Below are positions 1 through 12,949 of a stretch of DNA of 64,000 nt, in pieces. A program made the translations under genes and the position numbers. Each line of letters starts with the position of its first letter. Position 1 is the first letter of the stretch. The stretch comes from Octopus vulgaris. Its lineage: Eukaryota. Below the pieces are notes generated by a model that saw only the letters and a list, made by a program, of their open reading frames with translations, ran no database searches and was not told the origin of the DNA. The stretch covers positions 107,508,001 to 107,572,000 of the forward strand of contig OX597823.1 of NCBI GenBank assembly GCA_951406725.2. Reading direction: 5' to 3'.

Positions 1-59
1 CTCTCAGCTCATAAAACTAATTGTTGCATATAAAAACACATATTGTATTTATCAAATAA

Positions 60-590
60 TATTTATCCCTCACCAGATGGAGTACTTGTTTAGTTGATGT
101 ATATGGTCTCATAAACCAGTCATCTACTCATAGACCACCAAATCACAGTGTGCAGAAATATGTCAAAGGCCTTCTCCAAATCGACGAACGTTAGGTACTC
201 CTAGCCATGTACTTAGAATTATTTCACAAGAAATATGGCATTGATGGTGGGACAAAGTTGAACCGCATCGCATCTAGATTAATCCCATCCCTATTTAGTT
301 TTGTAATAATCCTTTATGTAACCTTCATTATGTAATTCGACAGCTCAATGCATCTGGAATTTCTTGTTCCTACTGCATTTCACTTACCTTTGTAGTTGTT
401 TACGTCGATGGTGCAGCACTAGTCTTTGAGTATAGCTTTACTTGTTTTACTATATTATCCTGTATCCTACTTCGCCAGATATTTTAAGCATGATGGCAAC
501 TATTCCCGATGGAGAAACTACTTTCCTTACCTTGATATGTGTAGATATTACCATACAGGTTTCCTTTAATAAATCATACATTTTGTTTTA
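60..590 (-). mobile_element. Degraded RTE-clade LINE reverse-transcriptase fragment
   Basis: Minus-strand translation across frameshifts and stops gives PSGIVAIMLKISGEVG, NYKGK*NAV...IELSNYIMKVT*RII, INLDAMRFNFVP, TINAIFLV, YLTFVDLEKAFD and VIWWSM. These are typical N-terminal RT motifs of RTE elements. Confidence 0.85.
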
Positions 591-1314
591 TATGCCTATA
601 TACACTTATGGTAGCTGTACATGAGAAGATTAAAGGACCAACATTTGAAAATCGTCATGTACCTATCGATATTTTCATAAACCATTCTCGATACAGAAAT
701 AATGCAACTGTTAGGGCTGAAGAGAGCAAGTTACAATTTGATATATAAATTTGACAGCATCAAAAATTAAAAACAACTCAACAGGTAGTTTTCTTGAAAA
801 TAAACACATTTAAACAGCATTTAATCTTTATCTTACTTATTGGTGACATCTGGAGTGTATGCATACTTCGGCAGTTAATGAACGTATAGCTACAAGTACA
901 ACATCATCATTTCAAAGTAATTCATACACATGTACTCTAAAAGGTATCCCTATTGTATTCTCAGGTCATGTACATTTAAAATTTAGCTGTAGTGTATAGT
1001 CTAAGTTCAAGTTAATGGTATGAAAACTAATTAAGCATATCCATTCACAAAATAGGTACAGTATTAATACAGTGGCTTTTCCCAAAGAGTAAAAGGTCTT
1101 ATAAGGATGACTAAAAAATAATACAACAAAGAATATTATTTTCCATTTCAAATTGTGACATTGATATCAATAACTATGAGGGCTCTATATGCTATTATCA
1201 TATCCTTATAGTAAGGCTGCTCATCACAAAAAGCTGATGGATAAATGTTCTTGCAATGCAAATGCAAGGGATGTAAAAAGTAACGCTGGGGTTTATATAT
1301 ATATATATATATCT

Positions 1315-1368
1315 TTGTCCAACCCATGCCAGCATGGAAAGTGGATGTTAAATGATGATGATGATGAT
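1315..1368 (+). mobile_element. 3' end of a (GAT)n-tailed retroposon (SINE/LINE tail)
   Basis: ccaacccatgccagcatggaaagtggatgttaaa followed by (tga)n. The same motif recurs at about 16740 (-), 51160 (+), 53480 (+), 60885 (-) and 62227 (-). Confidence 0.7.
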
Positions 1369-2339
1369 CTTTGTGTGTGTGTGTGTGTGTGATTTCATTA
1401 AACAACTAATGCCTTTCTAATAGTACATATATTCCAGAACATCAGCAATGAGGAGAATAGGAAACTCCATATGAATATTAAAGGGAATTAGCATACATTG
1501 CTACCACATCAGAATTAGAATTAGGAAATATTGGTAAGATATAGAAACCATGCTGTCAATAAATGGAAATGGAGATTTAAAAAAATAACCTAAAGTTTGT
1601 TATAAAAACTCATTTTAAGGAAAGGGTAGGAAGTGAAATGATTGTACATATATATATAAACACACACACAGACACATGCACACGAATACAAATGTGGAAA
1701 ATAAGGTAAGATCAGAAACAAATAAGGACAGCTGTAGCATATCGGTACTAAGAGTTTTTTTTCTGAAGTTTGCTTAAAAAAATGTTTCTCTACAACTTAT
1801 AAAGAATTGAATTTCTTTAGTGTATGAATAGAATATAAACTTATTCTATAGATAGATGGTCTCAGATTTATCACAAACAAGATATATAATTTTGTGTTTA
1901 AGCCTTTTACAAGAATATTAGTAATGTTGTGTAAAATTCAATAAAGAAAGTTGAGAATTGAAAATTGGATCATGAGCTTTACTTGTCAGAAATATATTTC
2001 TATAAAAGAAAAAAGGGAAAAAATGATTATGCTAATGATTCAAATTAGTCCAGATTTCTTGTATGATGGTAATTCTTAATGGGAAATGTAGCTTAAAAAT
2101 AGGAGAGTACTTTTTTAATTTTCTTTCATCCAGATTAATATAGCTTAAGAAAATTAAGTGAAATGAAAGAAAATGACTGTTTAGAATTGAATGTAATGAA
2201 AAGTGCAATTAAAACCCAAACAAATAAATCAGATGGCTACACAATAGTAGAGGAAAAAATGGATTTTGAAGTAAGAGACCTTGTACACAACCATTATTAT
2301 CATTTTTATTACTGTCGTTCCTCCAGGGCCAATAATAAA

Positions 2340-2835
2340 TTATTAGTCAAGAACTTTGGTTGACTGTATTGACTAATCCCTTCTTGAAACTGTTGGCCTG
2401 GTGCATACATCAGAAATTGCTGTCATCATCATTATTATTTTCAGAAAATGCTCAGCAGTATTTGTTATGGCTCTTCTTGTTCTAGTTTCAAACTCTGCTG
2501 AGGTCAACTTTGTCCTTTTCTAATTTGATAAAATAAGTATCAGTCAAGTACTGGAGTTGGGAAAGAGATCGGAATGACTAAACCCTTCCCTTCAAAACTG
2601 CTGACCTTGTGCCAAAATTTGAAACAATTATTTAAGGCAGTGAGGTGGCAGAATTGTTAATGTTGGAAGAAAATGCTCTGTGGTTATTTCTTTCAGCTCA
2701 TTATGCCTTGAGTTTTGTTGATCCTTTCAGGGTTAACAAAACAAACACCAGTCAAATACTGTGGTCAATGTAATTGATTAATTCCCTCCCAGCAAATTTT
2801 AGGCTTTATACTTGTAGTAGAAAGGATTATTATTA
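2340..2835 (+). mobile_element. Head-to-tail array of about 3 degraded tRNA-derived SINEs (family A)
   Basis: Head aaggcagtgaggtggcagaattgtta at 2634; central gaggtcaactttg...gataaaataagtatcag; tails ending ccttgtgccaaaatttgaaacaattatt and agaaaggattattatt. Confidence 0.75.
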
Positions 2836-3032
2836 TCATTTCTAAGTATGTGATTAGGTATAAGAACAAATGCAAGATAAGCTAATTAACAGTTCCTCAA
2901 AACTCTGCTTGTAAATTCTGCTGGTATTCTCTAAAGCTTTGCTTATATCAACAGCCAAATTGGATTTTACAAGTGATTATATTCTATGCATCTCAAACAC
3001 CAAAGCATTCCCTTTAGATTCAATCTCTACAT

Positions 3033-3175
3033 CAGGCATGGGCAATATTTTTTGAGAAGTAGTTCACATGTGACATGACTCAACAGGTGGGCTGCACTAC
3101 TAAAAAAAATTCAAGAAAATTTTTCATTGGTGTGTCATTCAGAAAGTCCCACAGGCTGCAGTTTGCTCATGACTG
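3033..3175. mobile_element. Non-autonomous hAT (Charlie-like) MITE, 143 bp
   Basis: TIRs caggcatgggcaa ... ttgctcatgactg (11/13 match), flanked by an 8-bp TSD ctctacat (3025-3032) / ctctatat (3176-3183). Confidence 0.8.
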
Positions 3176-3200
3176 CTCTATATGTTTGTTTGTGTATATA

Positions 3201-4376
3201 CAATGGATATTCATTAAAGATTTCCCCTGACCCACTCCAGTTATTGTAGGGTCTCTATATGTCACATTGTAAATAGAAGCTTTCCACTAGTATCTGTTTG
3301 TCTTTTATGGCTTTCTGAAATGGACTAAGGTGTTATAAAGGAGGTAGTTGAATACAGATCAGTGATCAGGTTCTTATACACGAAAGGTTGTACATCAAAA
3401 GAGACTTCTGATGCGATAAAAGAAGTTTATGGTGACAATGCACTGACATTGGTGGAAACTGCTCTTATTCCTTGACAATCACATTCCGCCATTGATGACG
3501 ACACCATCCATAATGTGGAAGCTGCCATTTTGGAGAATCACTGCATAACTATTCAGCAACTAGCCCAAGAAGTGAAGATAAATGTAGGGTCTGTGGAGAA
3601 AAATCATTCATGATCATTTGCAGAAGTTGTCTGCACGATGGATTCCCTGGATGCCCATACCTATTCAGAAGCAGGAACAATTGCTCCCAGGCTCTTTAGG
3701 CAATGTGCCAAGAAAATGAGAACTTTTTGGCAGACTTATCATACTTTGGGATGAAACATGGCTCGACCTCTATGATCCTGAAACTAAAGTCCTATCAAAG
3801 CAATGGAAGCATAACTCACCACCTCCAATGGCTTGTGTCCAACTCTCAGTAGGCAAGGTGATGCTCACAGTCTTTTGGGGCCACTGCAGAGTAGTGATGA
3901 TGGATTTTCTGGTAAAGGGCACTAAATTAACAGGGCATATTATGCTTTTCTGCTGCAGAAGTTGCGAGACACCATCAAAAGAGAGAGGCGTGACATGCTG
4001 ACCAAAGGAGTCTGCCTCCTCCAAGACAATGTCTCAGTTCACAATGTACATATTGCCCAGATGTAAGTACACTCTTGCGGCTATGAAATCTTCATCTCCC
4101 TTCCTCACCCAAACTTGCACCTCTTTCCAACCATGAAGTCTTTTTCTTGAAGGGAAAGCACTTTTTGCATGATGATGAACTTATTTCTGAGATAAAGTCA
4201 TGGCTCCAGACACAACCTACCAACTTCCACAGATGAGATCTTCACAGCTGCATAAAAGGATGGGAGGAGTGTATCACCATTGGTGATGGCTATGTAGAGG
4301 ACAAATAATTGTGTCATGTCTTCTTTATCCCTGTCCTTGGGAAGTGGGTAAGGGAAAATCTTTAATGAACCACACC
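3201..4376 (+). mobile_element. Decayed near-full-length mariner transposon (pseudogenised transposase)
   Basis: About 34-bp TIRs (ttcattaaagatttcccctgacccact / agtgggtaagggaaaatctttaatgaa) flanked by TA. Internal mariner motifs ARWIP, DETWLDLYDPETK..SKQWKH, KVMLTVFW, LLQDN.SVH and a remnant of SP.LA, with many frameshifts. Confidence 0.92.
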
Positions 4377-5889
4377 TACACTCATCTAAATCATACTGAT
4401 TTCAATTAAATCATACACCACATAAACACAAATTAATTGTAGGAAACTCAATAGCAATAATGTGATTTTTTGGAATTAACATATATACATAAACATGACT
4501 ATTCTCTCTTTGTACAAACCAAACACACCTCCTGTTACTCCTGCCTTTACCATTGGGTATACAAGATTTGAAGGTCTCCTTACATTCTCTCCTGCTAATT
4601 GGTGTATTGGCAACTAGAGGTTTGCTTAAGGATTTCCTAGATTTTTTATCACTTTCATAGAGCTCTTTCCTTTTCAGATGATAGGAAGCAAGATTTGAAC
4701 TTAGTATGGTAGAAACAAAGCAGACACTGAAAGGACCTGTCATCCGACACTAACACTATGCTAAACTACCACCCTAACATGTACATTTTTTTTTATAGAG
4801 CCCCAAAATAATGAAAAACGAATGTTTAGCTGCAACAGTTATTGCAAGGCATTCTGAATCTTACACAACTCAACCAATTTGACCCTGTGGTTACTACTGC
4901 ATGTATAGTTATGTATGCACTGTGCTATAATTGCATAAATGCATGTGTTACTCACTGGTTACCAAGTAATGTATCGAGGGAAATTATAGGTAAAAATAAA
5001 ACAAGACAAACAAAACTAGTCAAAATACAGAGGAACAAGAAATAGTTTATGAAGAAAATCTGGAGAATGCTATCAGCAGTGTTTCATATTGGTAAGCACG
5101 CAGACCAGCATGTTCCATCTTAGACAAAAATATGACCATATATAACAGTTTAATTAAGATAAATTAAATCAATGATGAAATGCTAAATTTTTAAAACTGA
5201 CATCTTACTCTTAGAGTTTTAGGGCATAAAAAGGATATTAACATAGCTTGTGAAGTTATTCCCATTTATATAAGTGCCATATTCCTCACTAATTCACATT
5301 TCATTATGATTTTAGCGATAACGAAGGTGAGATATAGTAACATTGTGATGTTTGTATATATTCATATCAAATATTCTTTTTTTTATATTTTGAATTTAAG
5401 TTATTTTTCAATTATCAACCATTTGTCAGCCAGAAAAATACATCTTTGTGCAAGGTTCAAGTTACTTTCAGACAGTTGGAACTTTATGTGTCTAGTCTCT
5501 AATTCACAATGCTACGCTGTATAATATGATCTATGAAAGGGCATTCACTGATATTAAAAAAAAACCTAGAAAAGAGTAAAATTGAAAATCAGTTGGAGAT
5601 TTTAGTATTGTATAGTACACATTACAGATGAACAATATTAACACATTAAATGGATAAAAAATATGAATTCGTGTGATAGTTTATTTAATTCATGATGCTT
5701 CATGTAGTTAAGATTCTACAGGTAATAAGAAGGGAATTCTTCAAGGAAACAAAGATGTTACAACACATAAGATAACCAAACCCAGAAAGAACAAGACAGA
5801 CTTATGTATGATGCCATCTGAATGCTTTATTTATCTACCAGCAAAAGGGATATTTTATCCAATACATAAAAAATCAAGTTCAAATCATT

Positions 5890-5893
5890 TTAC

Positions 5894-5924
<31 letters not shown>

Positions 5925-6084
5925 TATATATATGTATATATATACACACACACAAATACATACACTCACACATATACACACCCATACATGATACAAGCAC
6001 CATTGGTTTGGCATCTTTGCCAAACAGAAGGTTAACTAGTGGCAATGCTATATATATATATATACACACACACATATATGTATG

Positions 6085-6126
<42 letters not shown>

Positions 6127-7061
6127 TGCATGTATATATATACATACATACATGTGTGTGTATGTATCTATGTATATGTGTATGCATACACAAACACACA
6201 CTCACTTGTTGCAAATGCACACACATATATACACACACGTACATATATATTATATATAAATGTAATATATATAATATATAAATATAATCTATAATATATA
6301 TATAAATATAATCTATTATATTATATATATACATATAATATGCATATTTGTATATATAATACATAAATATATAATATGCATATCTATTTAATACATAGAT
6401 ATAATTATATATATATATAATGCATGATATATATAATATACATAATGCATAATATATATACATAATATATAAAATATATACATAATATATATGTATTATA
6501 TATATATTAAACAAGAGGTAGGTATAATTGATTTAAAGCACTTATTTGTCTTTAAATAGCAAAGGTCTGTCTCGATTCAGACATTCCTTACATATCTATA
6601 GAATATTATTCCACAGGATGTGAACTGTTCACATATCCGGAATCTTGGATTCAAGGAAACCATATATATATATATATATATATATATAAATGCACACATA
6701 TATATGTAATATATACGATATATACATAAATATATAATATATATACCAATATATATATATAAATATATACATATATATAAAATATATACATATATATATA
6801 TATAAAATATACAAATATATATTATATATATATATAATATACACAAATATATATTTGCATATACTTATATAAAATATGCATATATACACATATATATATA
6901 ATATATACAACTATATGTATATAATATATACATACATAATATATACAAATATATATACACATATATAATATATATAAATATATACATATAATATACGTGT
7001 ATAAATAATATATATATATGTATATATGTGTGTAGATATATATAATACATATATATCAATA

Positions 7062-7103
<42 letters not shown>

Positions 7104-7115
7104 CCACAAACATAA
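5890..7115. repeat. Degenerate (TA)n/(CA)n low-complexity tract in two blocks
   Basis: Almost pure AT/AC dinucleotide-derived sequence at 5890-6512 and 6661-7115. Confidence 0.95.
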
Positions 7116-10100
7116 TATAAGTCTTGATTTAACAAAACTTTGTTTTATTTTTGGTGTGTGTTTAATATTCAATTTATGTAACTGTACAAGGGGAATGAGA
7201 GCCAGAGATGAAAGAAATTTTATTTAGGATGAAGTAGAATGAAAGATGACTGGCTAATTATATCATATACTTTAACCCTCTTTCTCACATCCACATAATT
7301 CCCAATAAGAACAGAAGTAATTTTTTGTGAGGTCAAGGAATATTGGGAGTTGCTTACTGTGAAGTGCCAATATCAGATAAAACTAGATTCATTAAAATCA
7401 TACTGAAAGACAAGCAAAATCTTATTTGTGTAAATGTATGTATCAAGGAAAATTTCTAATTTGGGGAGCAGGGAAAGAGATAGGAATGTTTAATTATTTC
7501 TAACATACATTAAATATATAAAAAAAGAGGTGGGTGTGTATAGCTGAAAACATACAGATCATAACTAAAAAGATACTAAGACATAAATGGTAGAAAATTG
7601 GGAATGATAAATAGACTTTCAGTAGAAAAATAACAGAGACAATAATGTCATAAGAATAAGCAGACACACACAAGTACATGGTTACTATATAAATTATGAA
7701 CATAACATAAAATGACACTGCCTGAACATGCTGAAAAACTTAATCATAATGAAAGTGACACAGAAACTACAAGAAAAATAATGTGAATGCTATCTAAAAA
7801 TTTACTACACAAAATGTTAAATGGAAGTGTTTCTAATCTATCCTATAAAAGCAGCAGCAAGTAAAACGATGGTAAAATTGCTAATAAATTAACTGAACAA
7901 AATTTAACTAAGTTTTGAAATAAAAATCAACAAAGATATAAAGGTAGCAGTAATGACAGCAATGATAATGGACACTTTTAAAAACTGAACTGATAAAATA
8001 AATTAATAGCGTGTCACTTTTTGTTTTTCTTTAAGACACATACACAAAATGACAGATGTAACTGAAAAATAAGGTTAGTGTTTCATAAGGACATTACTAA
8101 TTAATGATAATGATTCTGATAAATGTTTGCAATTTTCTGATAAACTTTATCATTATGTCTGGTAATATCACTAAAACATGTTCAAAAATAATATTCTGAC
8201 TAGATTCTGCTTTTTTTAAAGAAAAAAATTTAATTCAACTGTTTTGTTTTGTTAGTTGTTTTTATTCATTTTATTCACTTTTCTTTTTTTTTCATTTTTT
8301 ACAAATTGGTACCATTAAAATCAAGTCCTATGTGTCTTTCTTTTATCATGTATGGAACATTGACAACAATAATAAAATAAACAATAATGAAAAGAGGGGG
8401 TTGTTGTTGTTCTGTTGTTGTTTTCGTTTCTCTCAAACATCAAATATCATCTTTCTCAATTTTAAAATAAAATTTTCTCTCTTTCTCTCTCTCTTCATTT
8501 TTATTTTTCAGTTAACAAATCTTACACACATACATAAGTGCAAGTATGTGTATAATACATAATCATACACATATATGAACGTACATATTAAAGAATAGGT
8601 AAACATTTAAACACAAATATACATATGCTTCAAGTAATGAAAGCAACCATACAGATGGGAATTAAATGGAAATGATCAAGCATTAAAAGGCAGAAGGGGC
8701 ATTTGAAAATAAAGTATAATAGAGAGAATAAATCTATCCCCACTAATGTTATCAACATTTATGCTTATACACAGTAATCTATTTCTGCAATACAAGAGTG
8801 GAGTGTTAAGCTAATTAGAACAATGTAATATTAAGGTAAATGACCACTTGCAGTTTAAACTATATAATTTATAAGGTTGGAACAGAGAATTCTTTTAAAG
8901 AATAACTATCTCCAAGTAATTTAATAAAACAATGATGCATTTCAGGCTTCATTTCAAGTATCTTGCAACTTCTAAAACAAAAGCTTCAAAATTGAAATAT
9001 AAGAAAAATCCAGTAAAATCAAAGGGAACTTTTTCAATAGCAGAGTGTATCACTGGTTCTATGTTAACCAATGAAAGTTAAATAATATCTAGCTTCATTA
9101 TTACTTAGATGGTAACCTGGATTAACTGAGAGACTGTCAGCATCATTTTGCCAGCTGATACTAAAAAGTATAAAGATGGCCTTGGTGAGAGCTGTTGCTA
9201 GTTGAAACCCATCAAAAGATGGTCTTAAATGAAAGAAGAGACCTATTCCTGCCAGATGAAAAGAGTTCAGTTTAACTCTTTCTTGCAGAGTACAGAAGAC
9301 AAAGATACCATATTGGCATAGTTAAGAATTGTTATTTCAGTAAAAATGATAGCGTAGTGTTCTGACAGGATTTTCTAATAGCTAATATGCATATTCTGAG
9401 TTTAAAAACTTTCATATTTTACTGTCATGTTTAAATTCAAATAATTACTAAAAAGTATTAAGTTTGAAATACTGACAATTTGATATTCCTCACACATACA
9501 TTTACATATGTATGTATATAAACAATTGCTTATTTTAGTATTCTACATGAGATTTTACACACAAACAGAGAGAGAGAGAGAGAGAGAGGGGGAGAGAGAG
9601 AGAGAGAAAGAAAGGAAATTTGAATTATTACAAAAAAAATGTGGGGAGCAGGGTGTGTTATAAAGGTAATGCTGTACAAATATGCGAGGAAGAAATGACA
9701 ATGGGGGGTGGAAAGGGAGAAAAAGAGAGATGATAAAAAAAAGTTTACACATACATCATACACAAAACAAATTTTTTTGTTAGTTTTTAATATGAAGATT
9801 CAAAAAGAAAATAAGTGTTTTTTCTTGAAATCATAAAATTTAAATAAAATATGAGACAAAAAGAAAAAAAATAAATAAATGGAGAGGATTTAGAGGTATA
9901 TTGGAAAATTATAAGAATCCAAAATAAATCAATGGATAAAAAGCAAAATTTCACGCTACTATAAATTAGGGAACGACCTGGGGAGGGGATTACAATAAAA
10001 GTCGTCACCATACTACACAGTTTAATGGCACTTGGTGTTCCTTCTCCCTACACAGTGAAGGCTTAGCTTTTTGGGCTTTTATTTTCTCTTTAAAAATAAT

Positions 10101-11287
10101 AAGAATAAAACACCATTTTTCTTAATGAAATTTTTCCCTTTCAACACAGAACAGTAATGTCAGGAGTGACAACTTGCACTGAAAATTCTTTGAAGAAATT
10201 GAAAAATATAATAGTAGTAGTAGTAATAATAATATTAATAATAATAATTCTACAATATTTCCAGTTTAACAAAAGAGGTGTTTTGAGAAAAAAAATGAAA
10301 TCAAAAAGGAAAGTAAAAAATCAAAGAGAATAGTTAATAAATTAAGGTGTACAAACTGAGGGAAATATGAGAGAGAGAGAGAGAGGTTGAGAAAGTTTAG
10401 ACGACAAACCATCCAGCAATATTAGGAATCTCCTTTCCTTGTATTCTACAACATTCTTTTTTTTTTTGCAAGAATTTATAAGAGAAAGATTAAAAATAAA
10501 TAAATAAAAATAAGAATACAAGAGGGAAAGTCACATCTTTTCATTTAAGTAGAGGTTCATAACTATATTTACATCTGAGGACACTTTTTCTAAATTAAGA
10601 AATTTCCTTTTTATATATTTACTTTTTTTGTTGTTATTTAAACAAGACTTGATTATCTTTATTTGTTTATATATAACTTTTCTTTTGATTGATATTAAAA
10701 TAAAATAAAAATATACTTTTAAAACATTAGACTATATGTCTATAATTATATAATTCTTACTGAGAGCAGTAATCTTAAGAAGCATTATGTTTGTAATATT
10801 ACTAAACATTAAAATAGGGTCAGTGATTAAATGAATGACCCCAAACAAATAGAAATTAACATATACACTAGAAACAATTAATGGTTACAGACATAATTTT
10901 TAAAAAGGAGGAGGAGAAAAAAAGACTAAAAAGTATCACCTAACAATTTTGTTGCATTATCTGGATTAATCTAAGGTACAAATTAGTAAGATATAGACAG
11001 AACATTCTAACTCTCTCAAGTGACTGACTAATAGATAAAATGGGATTGGAGGAATAGCCAATGGATATCTTAAAAAACTTTTCATTATAGAAGAGAAAGG
11101 AACAATTGCATATCTATATTCATGATGAATTAAACAGGTATACAATTAAAACTGACTGCAGCTATTGCAATTGATGTCCAGCTCTCTTCTCGAGAATAAG
11201 GTAATAAATATAAGCCTCTGGCTTTCTTAAGGCCATAAAAATCTAAATATTCGATTCACAGCCTGATGAATATTTATAAAAGAAAAG

Positions 11288-11290
11288 ATA

Positions 11291-11345
<55 letters not shown>

Positions 11346-11346
11346 T
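11288..11346. repeat. (AAT)n microsatellite
   Basis: Long uninterrupted aat run preceded by gat variants. Confidence 0.95.
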
Positions 11347-12075
11347 TGAAATAACATCTAAGCAAAAATGGCTGAGGTAGTTTGAGAATGTTAGCTTTTT
11401 TCTTTATTTTTTAACACATCCACACACAATGTGTGTACATGTATGTATATATGTATAGTATGTGTATATATGTGTGTGTGTGTGTATACACACACACACA
11501 CACATACACATACATACAGTTTATGAACATGTTGATGAAAACATACATTTATTAATATATTTATTAGTAACAAAATAGTAAAAATACTGCATTTTGAGCT
11601 CTGATTTAATTGTTAGCTTCTTTAATTAAAGAAGGAATAAAAGGGTGAGGGAGAAACGTTACAGAATGTCTTGGAGCATAGGGGAAGGTCAGGAAAAATA
11701 TTTTTTTTGTAGTTTTTCTTGTTTTGGTGAGGATGTTTAATTTTTTTCTTCCTTTGTTTTCTGTTTCCTATTTAGAATACAAAGGAAATTTCAGATTTTG
11801 AGCACTAGTAGGTGTGGTACTATAGGAAGATAATTTACTTTCCACGCTTCAACATATATCAAAATGCAAAATATTTTGAATAAATTGTTTTTAATAATTT
11901 TCATGAAATAAAGTTTTTAAAAATTAAAATATGTCATAATCTATATCTTAAAATCTATAAAGCCATGGAACACATACACACACACACACATTACATCATA
12001 TATACATAGGCTACGTGTATATACATTTATGTTCTATGCATATGTATACACATGCATGCAAATATGTATGTATAC

Positions 12076-12106
<31 letters not shown>

Positions 12107-12917
12107 TATATATACACACACATATAAATTCATACATATACACACATATATATTCATATACATTTTGTTGCTTTAATTTTTATTTTAACCTTTTACTAAT
12201 AATAATAGATGGAAATAATTATATAATCCAAAAGAATATATTAGTATTTTTTCTTGGAGGGGCAGGCAAAGATATCAAAGACTGAATATTTTTATGTCTA
12301 TACTTACAAAATTTAATAAAAATATTCTGAAAAGAACAAGAAAACTAAATTAAAAAATTATATTTACCATCAAATTGTAAAAACCATGAGCAAAATGAAG
12401 GTGTCATATGTATTTAGGCATTTTCTGGCAACAGAAATGTTCTTGAAAGGACTCTATCCAACATCCAAGTGAAAATTTTGAAGAGAACTAATAAGCAAAC
12501 ATGCATAACTCATTTCTTAAACTGGACTGACAGTAGAAACCTGAAAGCCAGAATGAAATTCACCAACACAAATACAGAAAACCAGGACAAAAGTCAGAAC
12601 TGCATCCTGAGGCATGAAGCTTTGTAGAATGTTTTCTATCTTAGCAGCCTGAACGAAATATGACGTTTACTAAGCGTCTGCTAAAAGTCAACTTCATCAA
12701 CAAACATTTTCTCCTCTTATATAAGCAATTTCATAAACTGAAACCTATGACTGCAACACAGAGAACTCAATACATTTGTGTTTTAAAAAAGAATGAGCTA
12801 ATGTATGATGTAATAATCCCCAAAATAATATTTTATGCAATTAGGTGAGCTACTGGTGATGCTAATAAATGACTTGATGTTAATAAATGTTATATGTATT
12901 TACACTCTCACAATATA

Positions 12918-12949
<32 letters not shown>

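Noticed and set aside
4411-4743. 110-aa ORF and a nearby acceptor-like ctctttccttttcag on +
   Set aside because: No domain similarity and no partner splice site or exon that I can support.
5808-7135. Many overlapping Y/I/C/V/H/T-rich ORFs (also at 12, 25-26, 53 and 61-62 kb)
   Set aside because: Translations of (TA)n/(CA)n microsatellites, which lack stop codons.
11263-11290. Other CTGATGA occurrences (about 11263, 14571, 25227, 46073, 53572, 60592)
   Set aside because: No correctly placed GAAA-stem III-UH or pairing stems, so not hammerheads.
11617-11634. 18-bp palindrome cttctttaattaaagaag and small hairpins at about 20463, 51096 and 63908
   Set aside because: Short or AT-rich; plausible by chance in 64 kb.
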